DNA of 64,000 bases. It comes from Polyangiales bacterium. GTDB taxonomy: Bacteria > Myxococcota_A > Polyangia > Polyangiales > Ga0077539. The stretch spans positions 314,284 to 378,283 of the forward strand of contig JAXLYI010000006.1 in NCBI GenBank assembly GCA_046351555.1. Direction: 5' to 3'. The notes below the pieces were generated by a model. The model did not search any database. It was not told the DNA's origin and saw nothing but the letters and a program-made list of their open reading frames with translations. Both the position numbers and the translations under genes were made by a program. This document shows, in pieces, positions 22,851 through 36,346 of this stretch; the stretch's first letter is position 1; each line of letters starts with the position of its first letter.

Positions 22851-23969
22851 CTACGCCTCGGGGAGGCGCTGCTCGTAGCGGCGTCCGTCGATCTCGACGG
22901 AGAAGAACCGGTGCCCGGGCGGCAGGCGGAACTCGAGCACCGCGGGCAGGCGCCCCTCGTAGCGCCGCACCACCGCGCCCTGCGAGTCGTACACGGTGCC
23001 GCCGGTGGCGACGGACATGGTCTCGTCGACGAGGCCCGAGACGAGCTCGCTCATCCGGTGCATCTCCTCGGCGACGCGGTGGCACCACAGGTGCTCGGCG
23101 CCGGGGTGGTCGACGTGGGCGATCTCCTCCATCTGCTTCTCGCTCACCTGCTCGCCGACGCCGACCAGTACGAGGTGGACCTTCGGCAGCTCACCGCGCG
23201 AGACCTGCTCGGCGATCTTGCGCGAGAGGGTCTGGACGGCGCCCTGGTCCTGGATCTGCCCGTCGGTGACGAAGACCCCGCAGGCGCGCGCGCAGCCCTG
23301 CTGCTTGAGCGGGCGGACGTACGCGACGAAATCTTCGAGGGCGGGCGCGAGGCAGGTGCCGGTGCCGGGATCCTGGGGCCCCGGGAAGGTCTTCTTCGGG
23401 GCGTCGGCGGCGGAGAGCTCGCCGATCTGCTCGAGGTGCCTGCCGCCCTTGCCGCAGGCCCAGTACGCGACGCGGAGCTTGCCGTTGCGATCCTTCGTGG
23501 CGAGGTACTGGAGCATCTCGCGGACGGGCTGCTCGACCTCGTTGGTGCGCTCCATCGGGCCGCCGTGATGGTCGTCGTGGTCGCCGTCCTCGTCGTGGTC
23601 GTCGCCGTCCTCGTCGTGGTCGTCGCCGTCCCCGTCGTGGTCGTCCTTGCCACCGAACCAGCCGAACAGTCGCGCGAGCCAGCCCTTCTTCTCGCCGCCC
23701 TTGCCGTGGTCGTCGTCATCGTCGTCGTGGTCGTCAGCCGCGGCGACCGCGCCGGAGGACGCCGCAGGCGGGGCGTTGTGGTGCCCGCCGGCGGGCATCA
23801 TCTTGTACTCGTACTCCTCGCTCATGCTGGCGGAGCCGTCGATGTAGAGCGCCATCTCGACGCCCTCGATCACCGGGTCGTGCAGGAGGGTGACGCGGAC
23901 GGTGCCGCCCTCGACGTGGAGGTCGGCGAAGGGGTAGCTCAGGGAACCGTGGGTGTGCGCGTGGGCCAT
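22851..23969 (-). CDS. von Willebrand factor type A (vWA) domain protein with an Asp/His-rich low-complexity insertion.
   Basis: The MIDAS DxSxS motif is LYIDGSASMS. A later T motif (TGTCLAPAL) and VFVTDGQ are present. The insert is DDHDDDDDDHGKGGEKKGW...DDHDGDGDDHDEDGDDHDEDGDHDDHHGG. The start is placed at MAHAHTHGS (Met-62 of the listed ORF). Confidence 0.7.
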   Translation of the reverse strand: MAHAHTHGSLSYPFADLHVEGGTVRVTLLHDPVIEGVEMALYIDGSASMSEEYEYKMMPAGGHHNAPPAASSGAVAAADDHDDDDDDHGKGGEKKGWLARLFGWFGGKDDHDGDGDDHDEDGDDHDEDGDHDDHHGGPMERTNEVEQPVREMLQYLATKDRNGKLRVAYWACGKGGRHLEQIGELSAADAPKKTFPGPQDPGTGTCLAPALEDFVAYVRPLKQQGCARACGVFVTDGQIQDQGAVQTLSRKIAEQVSRGELPKVHLVLVGVGEQVSEKQMEEIAHVDHPGAEHLWCHRVAEEMHRMSELVSGLVDETMSVATGGTVYDSQGAVVRRYEGRLPAVLEFRLPPGHRFFSVEIDGRRYEQRLPEA

Positions 23970-24136
23970 GGCGCTGCATTGGTACCGCCGCGCGCGAGGC
24001 GATGTCGAGCGCCACGAAACGCCTTCCCTTTCCGCGCGGAAGCCCCTAGTTCTCCAATGCCTTGACCCCCCGCCGAGGGGGGTGTTAGAAGCCGCGCGCG
24101 TTCGACCCGGCCCTTCGCGCTGCACCCGCGAAAAGA

Positions 24137-24655
24137 ATGCCGGATCGACCACCCGCCCCCCGTCGGTTTCGCCGGAGCGCCCTGATGCCCCTGTCCCTCC
24201 TCCTCGTCGCCAACGAACGCCCGCTCATCAACATCGACGTCACGCTCTTCGTGAACCTCGGTGTGTGGGCGGTGCTCTTCTTCTTCCTCCGCGCGGTGCT
24301 GTGGAAGCCGATGCTCGACCTCATCGACGCGCGCGAAGCCGGCACCGAGGGCGCGCGCGCCCAAGCCGCCGCGCTGAGCGCCGAGGCCAAGGGGCTCGAG
24401 GCGAAGCTCACCGCGCAGCTCGCCGCCGCCCGCGCCGCCGCCGCCTCCGAGCGCGACGCGCTGCGGGCCGAGGGCGCGCGCCGCGACGCCGAGATCGGCG
24501 CGAAGGTGCGCGACGAGGTGCAGGCCGCCGTGGAGAAGCAGCGGGCCGCGCTCGCCGCGCAGCGCGCCGCCGTCCGCGCCGAGGTCGCCGGGGTGGTGCC
24601 CGCGCTCGCCGCGGAGATCGCGTCGAAGGTGCTCCGCCGGGAGGTCCGCTCGTGA
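24137..24655 (+). CDS. F0F1 ATP synthase subunit b-prime (first of two b-type subunits).
   Basis: It has an N-terminal TM helix LFVNLGVWAVLFFFL, followed by a long Ala/Arg/Glu-rich coiled coil typical of b subunits. The true start is possibly at MPLSLLL (about 24185). Confidence 0.7.
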   Translation: MPDRPPAPRRFRRSALMPLSLLLVANERPLINIDVTLFVNLGVWAVLFFFLRAVLWKPMLDLIDAREAGTEGARAQAAALSAEAKGLEAKLTAQLAAARAAAASERDALRAEGARRDAEIGAKVRDEVQAAVEKQRAALAAQRAAVRAEVAGVVPALAAEIASKVLRREVRS

Positions 24656-25365
24656 AGCGCTCGATCGTCGCCGCCAGCCTCGCCCTCGCCCTCGCCGCGC
24701 CCGCCGCGTGGGCCCAGGAGCACGGGGAGAACAACGGCCAGGAACAGGTCCAGGAGCACGGGGCGTCGCACGAGGGCTTCCACGCCCCGGCGGTGCCCTT
24801 CAACCTCGCCAACCCGTCGCCGCCGCCGGCGCAGGAGGGCGGGCGCGAGGTGAAGGCCCCGCCGCCCTTCCTCTTCGGGCCGGTGCTCAACTTCGCGGTG
24901 CTGGTGGTGCTCGGCTACATGGCCGTGCGCCGCGTGGTCAACCCGGGCCTCGCCGCCCGCCGCGCCGCGGTGGAGACGGAGATCGCCGAGGCGAAGCGCC
25001 TGCACGACGAGGCCGCGGCGATCCACAAGGAGTACACGACGCGGCTCGACGGGCTCGAGGGCGAGATCGCCGCGCTCAAGGCCGACCTCGTGAAGCAGGG
25101 CGAGGCCGAGCGCGACCGGATCGTCGCCGAGGCCCACGCCCGCGCCGAGCGGATGCGCGCCGAGGGGACGCAGGCGATCGAGCAGGAGATGCGCGCGCTG
25201 CGCGACGAGCTGCGCCGCGAGGCCGTCGTCGCCGCGGTGACCGCCGCCGAGGAGGCCGTCCGCAAGAACGTCACCGCCGCCGACCAGGTGCGCCTCGTCG
25301 ACGACTTCGTCGCGGCGATCGAGGCCGAGGCGAAGGCCCAGCCCGCGAAGGGGGCCCGCGCGTGA
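24652..25365 (+). CDS. atpF: F0F1 ATP synthase subunit b.
   Basis: The GTG start overlaps the previous stop in a GTGA arrangement. It has a signal/TM segment [21 protein letters not shown] and a coiled coil [19 protein letters not shown]... It lies inside the longer listed ORF 23953..25365, in the same frame. Confidence 0.75.
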   Translation: MKRSIVAASLALALAAPAAWAQEHGENNGQEQVQEHGASHEGFHAPAVPFNLANPSPPPAQEGGREVKAPPPFLFGPVLNFAVLVVLGYMAVRRVVNPGLAARRAAVETEIAEAKRLHDEAAAIHKEYTTRLDGLEGEIAALKADLVKQGEAERDRIVAEAHARAERMRAEGTQAIEQEMRALRDELRREAVVAAVTAAEEAVRKNVTAADQVRLVDDFVAAIEAEAKAQPAKGARA

Positions 25366-25907
25366 GCAACCTCGTCGCCCGGCGCTACGCCCGCGCCCTC
25401 TACATGATCGGCGTCGAGGAGAACCGCCTCGACGCGCTCGCCCGCGAGGTGAAGTCCCTCGGCGACACCGTGCGCACGAGCGCCGAGCTCGCGTCGTTCC
25501 TGTCGAACCCGGTGGTGCCGCAGGCCGCGCGGCGCGCGGTGGTGACCGAGCTCCTCGGGCGCCTGACGCTCTCGCCCGTCGCGCGCAACTTCGCGCTGAT
25601 GCTCGCCGACCGCCGCCGCGGGCACCTCCTGCCCGACGTCGCCGACGCCCTCGCCGCCCTCAGCGACGAGCGCGCGGGCAAGGTGCAGGCGCAGGTGACC
25701 AGCGCGACCGCGCTCACCGACGCGCAGGTGCAGAAGGTCCGCGCCGCCCTCGAGCGGCTGACCGGCAAGGCCGTGAGCGTGTCGCACCGGGTCGACCCGT
25801 CGCTGATCGGCGGCATGGTGACCCGCATCGGCGACAAGGTGTACGACGGCAGCCTCCGCACGAGGCTCGACGAGATCCGCCAGGCCGCCGCCGGCGCGAG
25901 CAACTGA
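25362..25907 (+). CDS. atpH: F0F1 ATP synthase subunit delta (OSCP).
   Basis: It begins [31 protein letters not shown]...FLSNPVV and ends ...[26 protein letters not shown]. The GTG start overlaps the atpF stop. Confidence 0.85.
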   Translation: MSNLVARRYARALYMIGVEENRLDALAREVKSLGDTVRTSAELASFLSNPVVPQAARRAVVTELLGRLTLSPVARNFALMLADRRRGHLLPDVADALAALSDERAGKVQAQVTSATALTDAQVQKVRAALERLTGKAVSVSHRVDPSLIGGMVTRIGDKVYDGSLRTRLDEIRQAAAGASN

Positions 25908-25954
25908 CAGAGCTTCCCGAGAACCGCAGCACGAAAGACCGCCAGAGGCAGACG

Positions 25955-27625
<1,671 letters not shown>

Positions 27626-27645
27626 GCCAACCGGGAGCGCGCTGA

Positions 27646-28524
27646 ATGCCCTCGCTGAAGGTCATCCGCCGGCGCATCGCGTCGGTGAAGAACACCCAGA
27701 AGATCACCCGCGCCATGAAGATGGTCGCGGCGGCGCGGCTCCGTCGCGCCCAGCAGCGCATCACCGAGCTCCGGCCCTACGCGCTCAAGACCGTCGAGGT
27801 GCTCCGCTCGGTGGCGGGCGGGGCCGACGGCTCGGCGCACCCGCTGCTCGACGCGCGCCCGGTCAAGCGCGTGCTGCTCGTGGTGATGACGAGCGACCGC
27901 GGCCTCGCCGGCGCCTTCAACGCCGCCATGACCCGCGCGGCCATGGCGAAGCACAAGGAGCTGCAGGAGCAGGGGCACGAGGTGGCGCTCGCCGTCATCG
28001 GGCGCAAGGGCCGCGACTTCTTCAAGCGCCGCGGCTATGACGTGGCGATGGAGTACACCGGGCTCCCCGAGGGCGACACCGCCCGCTCCGACGAGGTGGC
28101 GCGCGCCCTCATGGACGCCTTCACCTCCGGCGACTACGACCAGGTGATCCTCGCGTTCAGCGAGTTCAAGAGCGCGATCAGCCAGAAGCCGGCCTTCCTG
28201 CAGGTGCTGCCGATCGACGCCGGGTCGACCGCCGCGGCCGACGACGCGGGGCCCCGCACGCTCGTCGACATGATCTACGAGCCCTCGCGCGACGCGCTGC
28301 TCGCCAGCCTGCTCCCGATGTACGTCAAGGTCTCGGTGTACCGCGCGCTGCTGGAGTCCAACGCCAGCGAGCACGGCGCCCGCATGACCGCGATGGACAA
28401 CGCGACCAACAACGCCAAGAAGATGATCGGCTCCCTCACGCTCCAGTACAACCGCGCCCGCCAGGCCGCGATCACCAAGGAGCTCATGGAGATCATCGGC
28501 GGCGCCGAGGCCATCAAGGATTGA
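27646..28524 (+). CDS. atpG: F0F1 ATP synthase subunit gamma.
   Basis: It begins MPSLKVIRRRIASVKNTQKITRAMKMVAAARLRRAQ and ends ...ITKELMEIIGGAEAI. Confidence 0.95.
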   Translation: MPSLKVIRRRIASVKNTQKITRAMKMVAAARLRRAQQRITELRPYALKTVEVLRSVAGGADGSAHPLLDARPVKRVLLVVMTSDRGLAGAFNAAMTRAAMAKHKELQEQGHEVALAVIGRKGRDFFKRRGYDVAMEYTGLPEGDTARSDEVARALMDAFTSGDYDQVILAFSEFKSAISQKPAFLQVLPIDAGSTAAADDAGPRTLVDMIYEPSRDALLASLLPMYVKVSVYRALLESNASEHGARMTAMDNATNNAKKMIGSLTLQYNRARQAAITKELMEIIGGAEAIKD

Positions 28525-28544
28525 CCCGCGCCGCCCCGCGCGGG
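28525..28544 (+). terminator. Candidate stem-loop (7-bp GC stem cccgcgc/gcgcggg with a 6-nt loop) just after the atpG stop. There is no U-tract.
   Basis: Read directly: tgaCCCGCGCcgccccGCGCGGGcg. GC-rich hairpins without T-runs are common terminator candidates in high-GC genomes, but this is unverified. Confidence 0.3.
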
Positions 28545-28618
28545 CGACGCCTTCCCTCCCCTCCCCTTGTCGCCGCGTCCCCCGTGCGGCGGGCGCCTCC
28601 AGAGCGTACGGTCCCATC

Positions 28619-29530
28619 ATGGTCCCCTTCCTTCCGCACCCCGGCGTGGTCGACGCGATCGTCGTCCGCGGCGCCGCCGCCCCCGCCCTCTCGACCCCCG
28701 ACCTGCTGATCGAAATCCCCCACGGCGCCACGCGCACGGCGGACTTCACCGCGCTCGAGGGGCAGCTCCGCTCGCCCCTGCCCGACGGGCTGGTCGACTT
28801 CTTCCACGTCAACACCGACGCGGGCGCGCCGGAGCTCGCCGAGGCCGTCGCCCGGCGCTTCGTCACCGCCGAGCCGCGCCGCACGGCCGCCATCCTGCGG
28901 TGCCGCATCCCGCGCACCTTCATCGACTGCAACCGCCGCATCGACGCCGACCCGTCGGACTTCCGCGCGGGCAAGGTCACCCCGGGGCTCATGCCCTGGG
29001 TCACCGCCCCCGAAGACCGCGCGCTCCTCCGCGGGCTCTACGACCTCTACGCCGCCTCGGTGCGTGCGGCCGCCGACGCGGTGATGTCGCGCGGCGGCGC
29101 GATGCTGATGCTCCACACCTACGCGCCCCGCTCCGTGGACGTCGAGGTCGACGCCGACATCGTCAAGAACCTCCGCCGCGCCTACGAGCCCGAGGTGTAC
29201 CCGACGTGGCCCGAGCGCCCCGCGCTCGACGTGATCGGCCGCGGCACCGACGGCGTGCCGTACGCCCCCGAGGCCGTGGTGGCCGCGCTCCAGGAGGGCC
29301 TCGCGCCGCTCGGGCTCGCCGCCGCGGACAGCGCGACGTACCCGATGCACCCGAGCACGATGGCGTGGCACTTCGCCCAGGCGTGGAAGGGCCGCACGCT
29401 CTGCCTGGAAGTGCGCCGCGACCTCGTCGCCGACCCCTTCGACCCCTTCGTCGAGATGTCCATCGGCGCCGACAAGGTGCGCTCGCTCGCGGCCCCCGTC
29501 GCCGAGGCGCTGCGCCGCTGGTGGCCGTAG
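28619..29530 (+). CDS. N-formylglutamate amidohydrolase (FGase) family protein.
   Basis: The family-typical region is LLIEIPHGATR..., and the protein is about 300 aa. This is a resemblance-based call. Confidence 0.65.
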   Translation: MVPFLPHPGVVDAIVVRGAAAPALSTPDLLIEIPHGATRTADFTALEGQLRSPLPDGLVDFFHVNTDAGAPELAEAVARRFVTAEPRRTAAILRCRIPRTFIDCNRRIDADPSDFRAGKVTPGLMPWVTAPEDRALLRGLYDLYAASVRAAADAVMSRGGAMLMLHTYAPRSVDVEVDADIVKNLRRAYEPEVYPTWPERPALDVIGRGTDGVPYAPEAVVAALQEGLAPLGLAAADSATYPMHPSTMAWHFAQAWKGRTLCLEVRRDLVADPFDPFVEMSIGADKVRSLAAPVAEALRRWWP

Positions 29531-29533
29531 GGA

Positions 29534-32170
29534 TTACTTCCCGCCCTCGACCATCCGCTTGAGCTGCGCCACGAGGTGGAGCGCGTCGAGCGGGGTCATG
29601 CGGTTGACGTCGGCCGCCGCGAGCGCGTCGAGCGCGGGGTGGGCGACGGGCGGCGGCGCGCTCGGGCGCTCTTCGAAGAGCCCCATCTGTCTGGGCGCGC
29701 GGCGGAAGGGCCCCTCGCCCCGCTCCATCTCCTTGAGCAGCGCGCGCGCCCGCGCCAGCACGGGCTCGGGCAGGCCCGCGAGCTTGGCCACCGCGACGCC
29801 GTAGCTCCGGCTCGCGCCGCCCTCCGAGAGCTTGTGCAGGAAGACGATGTCGTCGCCCGTCTCCCGCGCCGACACGTTGACGTTGACCACGTGCTTGCGC
29901 GACTCCGCCAGCGCGCAGAGCTCGTGGTAGTGCGTCGCGAACATCGCCCGCGCCCGCACCACGTCGTGCAGGTACTCCGCCACCGCCCACGCGATCGACA
30001 GCCCGTCGAAGGTGCTCGTCCCGCGCCCGATCTCGTCGAACACCACCAGCGAGCGCGACGTGGCCCCGCGCAGGATGCTCGCCGTCTCGCGCATCTCCAC
30101 CATGAAGGTGCTCTGGCCCCGCGCGAGGTCGTCGCTCGCCCCCACGCGCGTGAAGATCCGGTCGACGCGCCCCACCGTCGCCTTGCGCGCCGGCACGAAG
30201 CTCCCCGCCTGCGCCATCAGCGCGATGAGGGCCACCTGGCGCATCAGGGTGCTCTTGCCGGCCATGTTGGGCCCCGTCACCAGCATCAGCCGCGCGCCCT
30301 GCATGTCGAGCGTGACGTCGTTGGGCACGAAGGCGCCCGGCTCGAGCGCGGCCTCCACCACCGGGTGCCGCGAGTCCTCGAGCGCGATCACGGGGCCGTC
30401 GTCCACCGTCGGGCGCACGTAGTCGCGGCGGTGCGCGGTCTCGGCGAAGCTCGCGAGCGCGTCGAGGTCGGCGAGCGCCCCGGCGAGGCGCGACAGGCGC
30501 GGCGCGGCCTCGGCCACCTTCGCGCGGAGCTCTTCGAAGCGCGCCGACTCCAACTCCCGAACCTTCTCCTCGGCCTCCAGGATCTCGCGCTCCAGGGTGA
30601 TGAGCTCCTCGGTGACGAAGCGCTCGCCGGTGGAGACGGTCTGCTTGCGGAGGTAGTCCTTCGGGACGGCGTGGAGGTTGGCCTTGGTGACCTCGATGTA
30701 GTACCCGAACACCCCGTTGTACTTCACCTTGAGGGAGGCGATCTTGGTGCGGTTCTTCTCCCGCTCCTCCAGCGCGAGGATGGTCTCCTTGCCGTTGGCG
30801 CGCAGGGAGGTGAAGCGGTCGAGCTCGGGGTCGAAGCCCGCGCGGAAGACACCACCGTCGTCGAGCGCGCCCGGCGGCGCGTCGGCCAGCGAGCCCGCGA
30901 GGAGCTTGTAGAGGTCGGCGCACGTGTCGCTCACCCGCACGGGCTTGAGCGCGTCGGCGATGTCCTCCTGGCGGGCGAGCGCGTCCATGATGGCGGGGAC
31001 GCGCCCGAGGCCGTCGCGCAGGTGGCCGAGGTCGCGCGGCGAGGCGGCGCCCAGCGACGCGCGGATCGCGATGCGCTCGAGGTCGGGCACGTTGCCGAGC
31101 CACTCGCGGACGGCGGCGCGGAGCTCGGGGTAGGTGACGAGCGCGTCGACCGCGTCGTGACGTCGGCGGATGCGCGCGGGGCTCTGGAGGGGGAAGGCGA
31201 TCCAGGTGCGGAGGCGCCGCGCGCCCATCGGGGTGATGGTGGCGTCGAGGTGGGCGAGGAGCGTCCCCTTCTTCTCGCCGCGCATCGTGCGGAAGAGCTC
31301 GAGGTGGGCCTGCGTCGTCTCGTCGAGGTGGAGGTGGTCCTTCGGGTCGAGCCGCCCGACGCGCTGGACCGGGAGGCTGTGCCCGGGCTGCGAGGCGACC
31401 GCGTAGCGCAAAGCCACCGCGGCGGCGACGCGGGCCGCGGGCGAGAGCCCCTCGAGCGAGCCCCGCACTTCCCCCTCGGGCAGCGTCTTCGTCAGGAGCG
31501 CCACGGCCTCCGACGCCGTCATCGCCGGCGCGCCCCGGACGAACACGCGCGGCAGCACCTTCACGAGCCCGCGGACGAAGGGCTCGGCGTCGCCCGGGCA
31601 GAGGAGCTCGCGGACGTCGAGCCGGGCGAGCTCGCCGAGCAGGTTGAGCGCGTCGGGCACCTCGGCGCTGAAGAGCTCGCCGGTGGTGAGGTCGTAGGCG
31701 GCGATGGCCCACGCGCCCGGCATCTCCGCGCCCCCCTCGGGCGGCACCGCGGCCGCGAGAAACTGGTTGGCCCGCGCGTCGAGCGAGTCGCCGTCGAGCA
31801 CCAGGGCCGGGGTGAGAACCCGCACCACGCCGCGCCGGACGATCCCCTTGGCCTTCGAAGGGTCCTCGAGCTGCTCGCAGATCGCCACCTTGTGCCCGAG
31901 GTCGAGCAGCCGGGCGACGTAGGTCTGCGCCGCGTGGTAGGGCACGCCGCACATCGGGATCGAGTCGGGCTCGTTCTTGTTGCGCGAGGTGAGGGTGAGG
32001 TCGAGCGCCTTCGCCGCCGTGAGGGCGTCGTCGAAGAAGAGCTCGTAGAAGTCGCCCATCCGGAAGAAGAGGAGCGCGTCGGGGTGCGCGTCCTTCTCCC
32101 GCAGGTACTGCTGCATCGCCGGCGCCTGCGCGCCCTTCGAGGAGGCGCCCGTCATCGTCCCGTTGGCCAT
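29534..32170 (-). CDS. mutS: DNA mismatch repair protein MutS.
   Basis: The mismatch-binding domain is MQQYLREKDAHPDALLFFRMGDFYELFFDDA...MCGVPYH. The Walker A is TGPNMAGKSTLMRQ. TFMVEM and FATHYHEL are present. The start is placed at MANGTMTG, inside a longer stop-free ORF. Confidence 0.95.
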   Translation of the reverse strand: MANGTMTGASSKGAQAPAMQQYLREKDAHPDALLFFRMGDFYELFFDDALTAAKALDLTLTSRNKNEPDSIPMCGVPYHAAQTYVARLLDLGHKVAICEQLEDPSKAKGIVRRGVVRVLTPALVLDGDSLDARANQFLAAAVPPEGGAEMPGAWAIAAYDLTTGELFSAEVPDALNLLGELARLDVRELLCPGDAEPFVRGLVKVLPRVFVRGAPAMTASEAVALLTKTLPEGEVRGSLEGLSPAARVAAAVALRYAVASQPGHSLPVQRVGRLDPKDHLHLDETTQAHLELFRTMRGEKKGTLLAHLDATITPMGARRLRTWIAFPLQSPARIRRRHDAVDALVTYPELRAAVREWLGNVPDLERIAIRASLGAASPRDLGHLRDGLGRVPAIMDALARQEDIADALKPVRVSDTCADLYKLLAGSLADAPPGALDDGGVFRAGFDPELDRFTSLRANGKETILALEEREKNRTKIASLKVKYNGVFGYYIEVTKANLHAVPKDYLRKQTVSTGERFVTEELITLEREILEAEEKVRELESARFEELRAKVAEAAPRLSRLAGALADLDALASFAETAHRRDYVRPTVDDGPVIALEDSRHPVVEAALEPGAFVPNDVTLDMQGARLMLVTGPNMAGKSTLMRQVALIALMAQAGSFVPARKATVGRVDRIFTRVGASDDLARGQSTFMVEMRETASILRGATSRSLVVFDEIGRGTSTFDGLSIAWAVAEYLHDVVRARAMFATHYHELCALAESRKHVVNVNVSARETGDDIVFLHKLSEGGASRSYGVAVAKLAGLPEPVLARARALLKEMERGEGPFRRAPRQMGLFEERPSAPPPVAHPALDALAAADVNRMTPLDALHLVAQLKRMVEGGK

Positions 32171-32254
32171 TGAGGTTCGAGGCGTACGACGGACGGGCGC
32201 CCGGAGGGAAGGGGGTGGCGCGTACGGCCCACCACCCCTACGCCCCGTTGTGGT

Positions 32255-33502
32255 ATGAGCGCCGCGGACGCACCCCGTATGACCGCGACGAACGATCTCC
32301 TGGCCCTCGCCGACCGGCACCTCCTCAAGACGTACAAGCAGCCCCCGCTGGTCATCGACCGCGGGGAGGGCTGCCGCCTCTGGGACACCGAGGGCAGGCG
32401 CTACCTCGACCTCTACGCCGGCATCGCCGTGTGCGCCCTCGGCCACGCCCACCCCGCCCTCGTGCGCGCCGTCAGCGAGCAGGTGGCCCGCCTCGGGCAC
32501 ATCGCCAACTACTACTACAACGACAAGCAGATCGAGCTGGCCGCCGAGCTCTGCCGCCGGACCGGGATGGACCGGGTCTTCTTCGCCAACACCGGCACCG
32601 AGGCCAACGAGGGCGCGCTCAAGCTCGCCCGGCGCTACCACTGGACGCGCGACGACCGCGAGCGGACGGAGGTCGTGTCGACCTGGAGCTCGTTCCACGG
32701 CCGCACGATGGGCTCGGTCACGATGACCGGGCAGGCGAAGTACTGGGAGGGCTTCGGCGCGCCGCTCGCCGGCGTCTCCCACGTCGCGTACGGCGACCTG
32801 GAGGCGATGCGCCGGCGCGTGAGCGACCGCACCGCGGCCGTCATCGTCGAGCCCGTGCAGGGCGAAGGGGGCGTGCTCCCGGCGCCGCCGGGCTACCTCG
32901 CGGGCCTGCGCCGGCTCTGCGACGAGCGGGGCGCGCTGCTGCTGGTCGACGAGATCCAGACGGGCGTCGGGCGGACGGGGAAGTTCCTCGCGGTGCAGCA
33001 CGAGGGGGTGGTCCCCGACGTGGTGACGCTGGCGAAGGGGATGGCGGGCGGCGTGCCCATCGGCGCCTTCCTCGTGCGCGAGCACCTCGCGTCGGCGCTC
33101 GCCCCGGGCACCCACGGCACCACCTTCGGCGGCAACCCCCTGGCCTGCGCCGCGGCCCTCGCGGTGCTCCGCACGCTCGACGGCGACGACCTCCTCGGCC
33201 GCGCCACCCGCGTCGGCGCCCACCTCCTCGCCGGCCTCGAGGCCCTCGCGAAGAAGCACCCCCACGCGGCCACCGGCGCGCGCGGCCGCGGGCTCCTGGT
33301 CGGGCTCATCCTCGCCGACGGCGTCGACCCGCGCGGCGTGCTCAACGCCATGCGCGAGCGCGGTGTGCTCGTGAGCCAGGCGGGCGAGAGGGTGATCCGC
33401 TTCGCGCCGCCGCTCATCGTCACGGAGGCCGAGATCGACGAGGGCCTCGCCGCGCTCGACGCCGTGCTCGCCGACCCGCCCCGCACCGCCCCCGCGAAGT
33501 AG
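32255..33502 (+). CDS. argD: Acetylornithine aminotransferase (class III PLP aminotransferase).
   Basis: Motifs are YLDLYAGIAVCALGHAHP, FFANTGTEANEGALKLAR, LLVDEIQTGVGRTGK and the PLP Lys in TLAKGMAGG. Confidence 0.9.
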   Translation: MSAADAPRMTATNDLLALADRHLLKTYKQPPLVIDRGEGCRLWDTEGRRYLDLYAGIAVCALGHAHPALVRAVSEQVARLGHIANYYYNDKQIELAAELCRRTGMDRVFFANTGTEANEGALKLARRYHWTRDDRERTEVVSTWSSFHGRTMGSVTMTGQAKYWEGFGAPLAGVSHVAYGDLEAMRRRVSDRTAAVIVEPVQGEGGVLPAPPGYLAGLRRLCDERGALLLVDEIQTGVGRTGKFLAVQHEGVVPDVVTLAKGMAGGVPIGAFLVREHLASALAPGTHGTTFGGNPLACAAALAVLRTLDGDDLLGRATRVGAHLLAGLEALAKKHPHAATGARGRGLLVGLILADGVDPRGVLNAMRERGVLVSQAGERVIRFAPPLIVTEAEIDEGLAALDAVLADPPRTAPAK

Positions 33503-33514
33503 GCGAATCCCCCG

Positions 33515-34420
33515 ATGCGCATCTCCAAGACACCCAAGCGCGACTTCCTCACGGTGGCCGATCTGCACGCCGATGAACTGATCGCTGTGCTCGACCACGC
33601 GACGGCGATGAAGAACCAGCGGGCCACGGGCGGCAGGCGCAAATCCCTGGAGGGGCGCTCGGTGGCGCTCATCTTCGAGAAGGCCTCGACCCGCACGCGG
33701 CTGTCGTTCGAAGTCGGCGTCTTCGAACTCGGCGGGCACCCCCTGGTCATCTCTTCGAAGGACACGCAGATGGGCCGCGGCGAGCCCCTGGAGGACACCG
33801 CCCGCATCCTGTCGGGCTACGTCCACGGGATCGTCATCCGCACCTACGGGCACGACCGCGTCGCGACCCTCGCGAAGCACGCGGCGGTGCCCGTGATCAA
33901 CGCCCTCACCGACGACCACCACCCCTGCCAGATCCTCGCCGACCTGATGACCGTGCGCGAGCGCTTCGGGCGGCTCAAGGGCCTGCGCTACGCCTGGGTG
34001 GGCGACGGCAACAACGTCGCGCGGAGCTGGGCCGACGCCGCGGCGGTGCTCGGGCTCCAGCTCACCCTCGCCTCGCCCGAGGGCTTCGAGCTCCCGGCGT
34101 CGGAGCTCCGGGGCGACGTGCGCGCCGTGAGGAGCCCCGCCGAGGCCGCCCGCGGCGCCGACGTGGTGATCACCGACGTCTGGGCGAGCATGGGCCAGGA
34201 GGAGGAGACAGAACGGCGGCGGAAGGCCTTCGCGGGTTACCGAATCGACCGCGCGCTGATGGCCCACGCCAACTCCACCGCCATCGTGCTCCACTGCCTC
34301 CCGGCGCACCGCGGCGAGGAGATCGACGCGGAGTACCTCGACGGCCCGGGGGCGGTGGTGTGGCAGGAGGCTGAAAACCGACTGCACACGCAGAAGGCGC
34401 TCCTCGAACACCTCCTGTGA
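33515..34420 (+). CDS. argF: Ornithine carbamoyltransferase.
   Basis: Motifs are STRTRLSFE (carbamoyl-phosphate binding), HPCQILAD and HCLPAHRGEE. Confidence 0.92.
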   Translation: MRISKTPKRDFLTVADLHADELIAVLDHATAMKNQRATGGRRKSLEGRSVALIFEKASTRTRLSFEVGVFELGGHPLVISSKDTQMGRGEPLEDTARILSGYVHGIVIRTYGHDRVATLAKHAAVPVINALTDDHHPCQILADLMTVRERFGRLKGLRYAWVGDGNNVARSWADAAAVLGLQLTLASPEGFELPASELRGDVRAVRSPAEAARGADVVITDVWASMGQEEETERRRKAFAGYRIDRALMAHANSTAIVLHCLPAHRGEEIDAEYLDGPGAVVWQEAENRLHTQKALLEHLL

Positions 34421-34511
34421 GGATGGAAAGTTCCGGGTTGCGAAAAGCCCCGGAGTGCAAGACCGTAGAGGGCGGCAACGCCCTGTCAGGGACGAGAGCG
34501 GGACTTACCGG

Positions 34512-36344
<1,833 letters not shown>

Positions 36345-36346
36345 CG

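Noticed and set aside
24060-24137. Looked for a sigma-54 (GG-N10-GC) or sigma-70 promoter in the vWA/atpF-prime divergent intergenic region.
   Set aside because: I could not identify a convincing -24/-12 or -35/-10 match by eye in this GC-rich spacer, so no call was made.
29163-34411. ORFs 29163..31952 (-), 29576..32173 (+), and the N-terminal 750 aa of the stop-free ORF 29534..34411 (-).
   Set aside because: The MutS frame is unambiguous. The stop-free extension upstream of MANGTMTG runs antisense through argD and argF, which have clear motifs on the plus strand.
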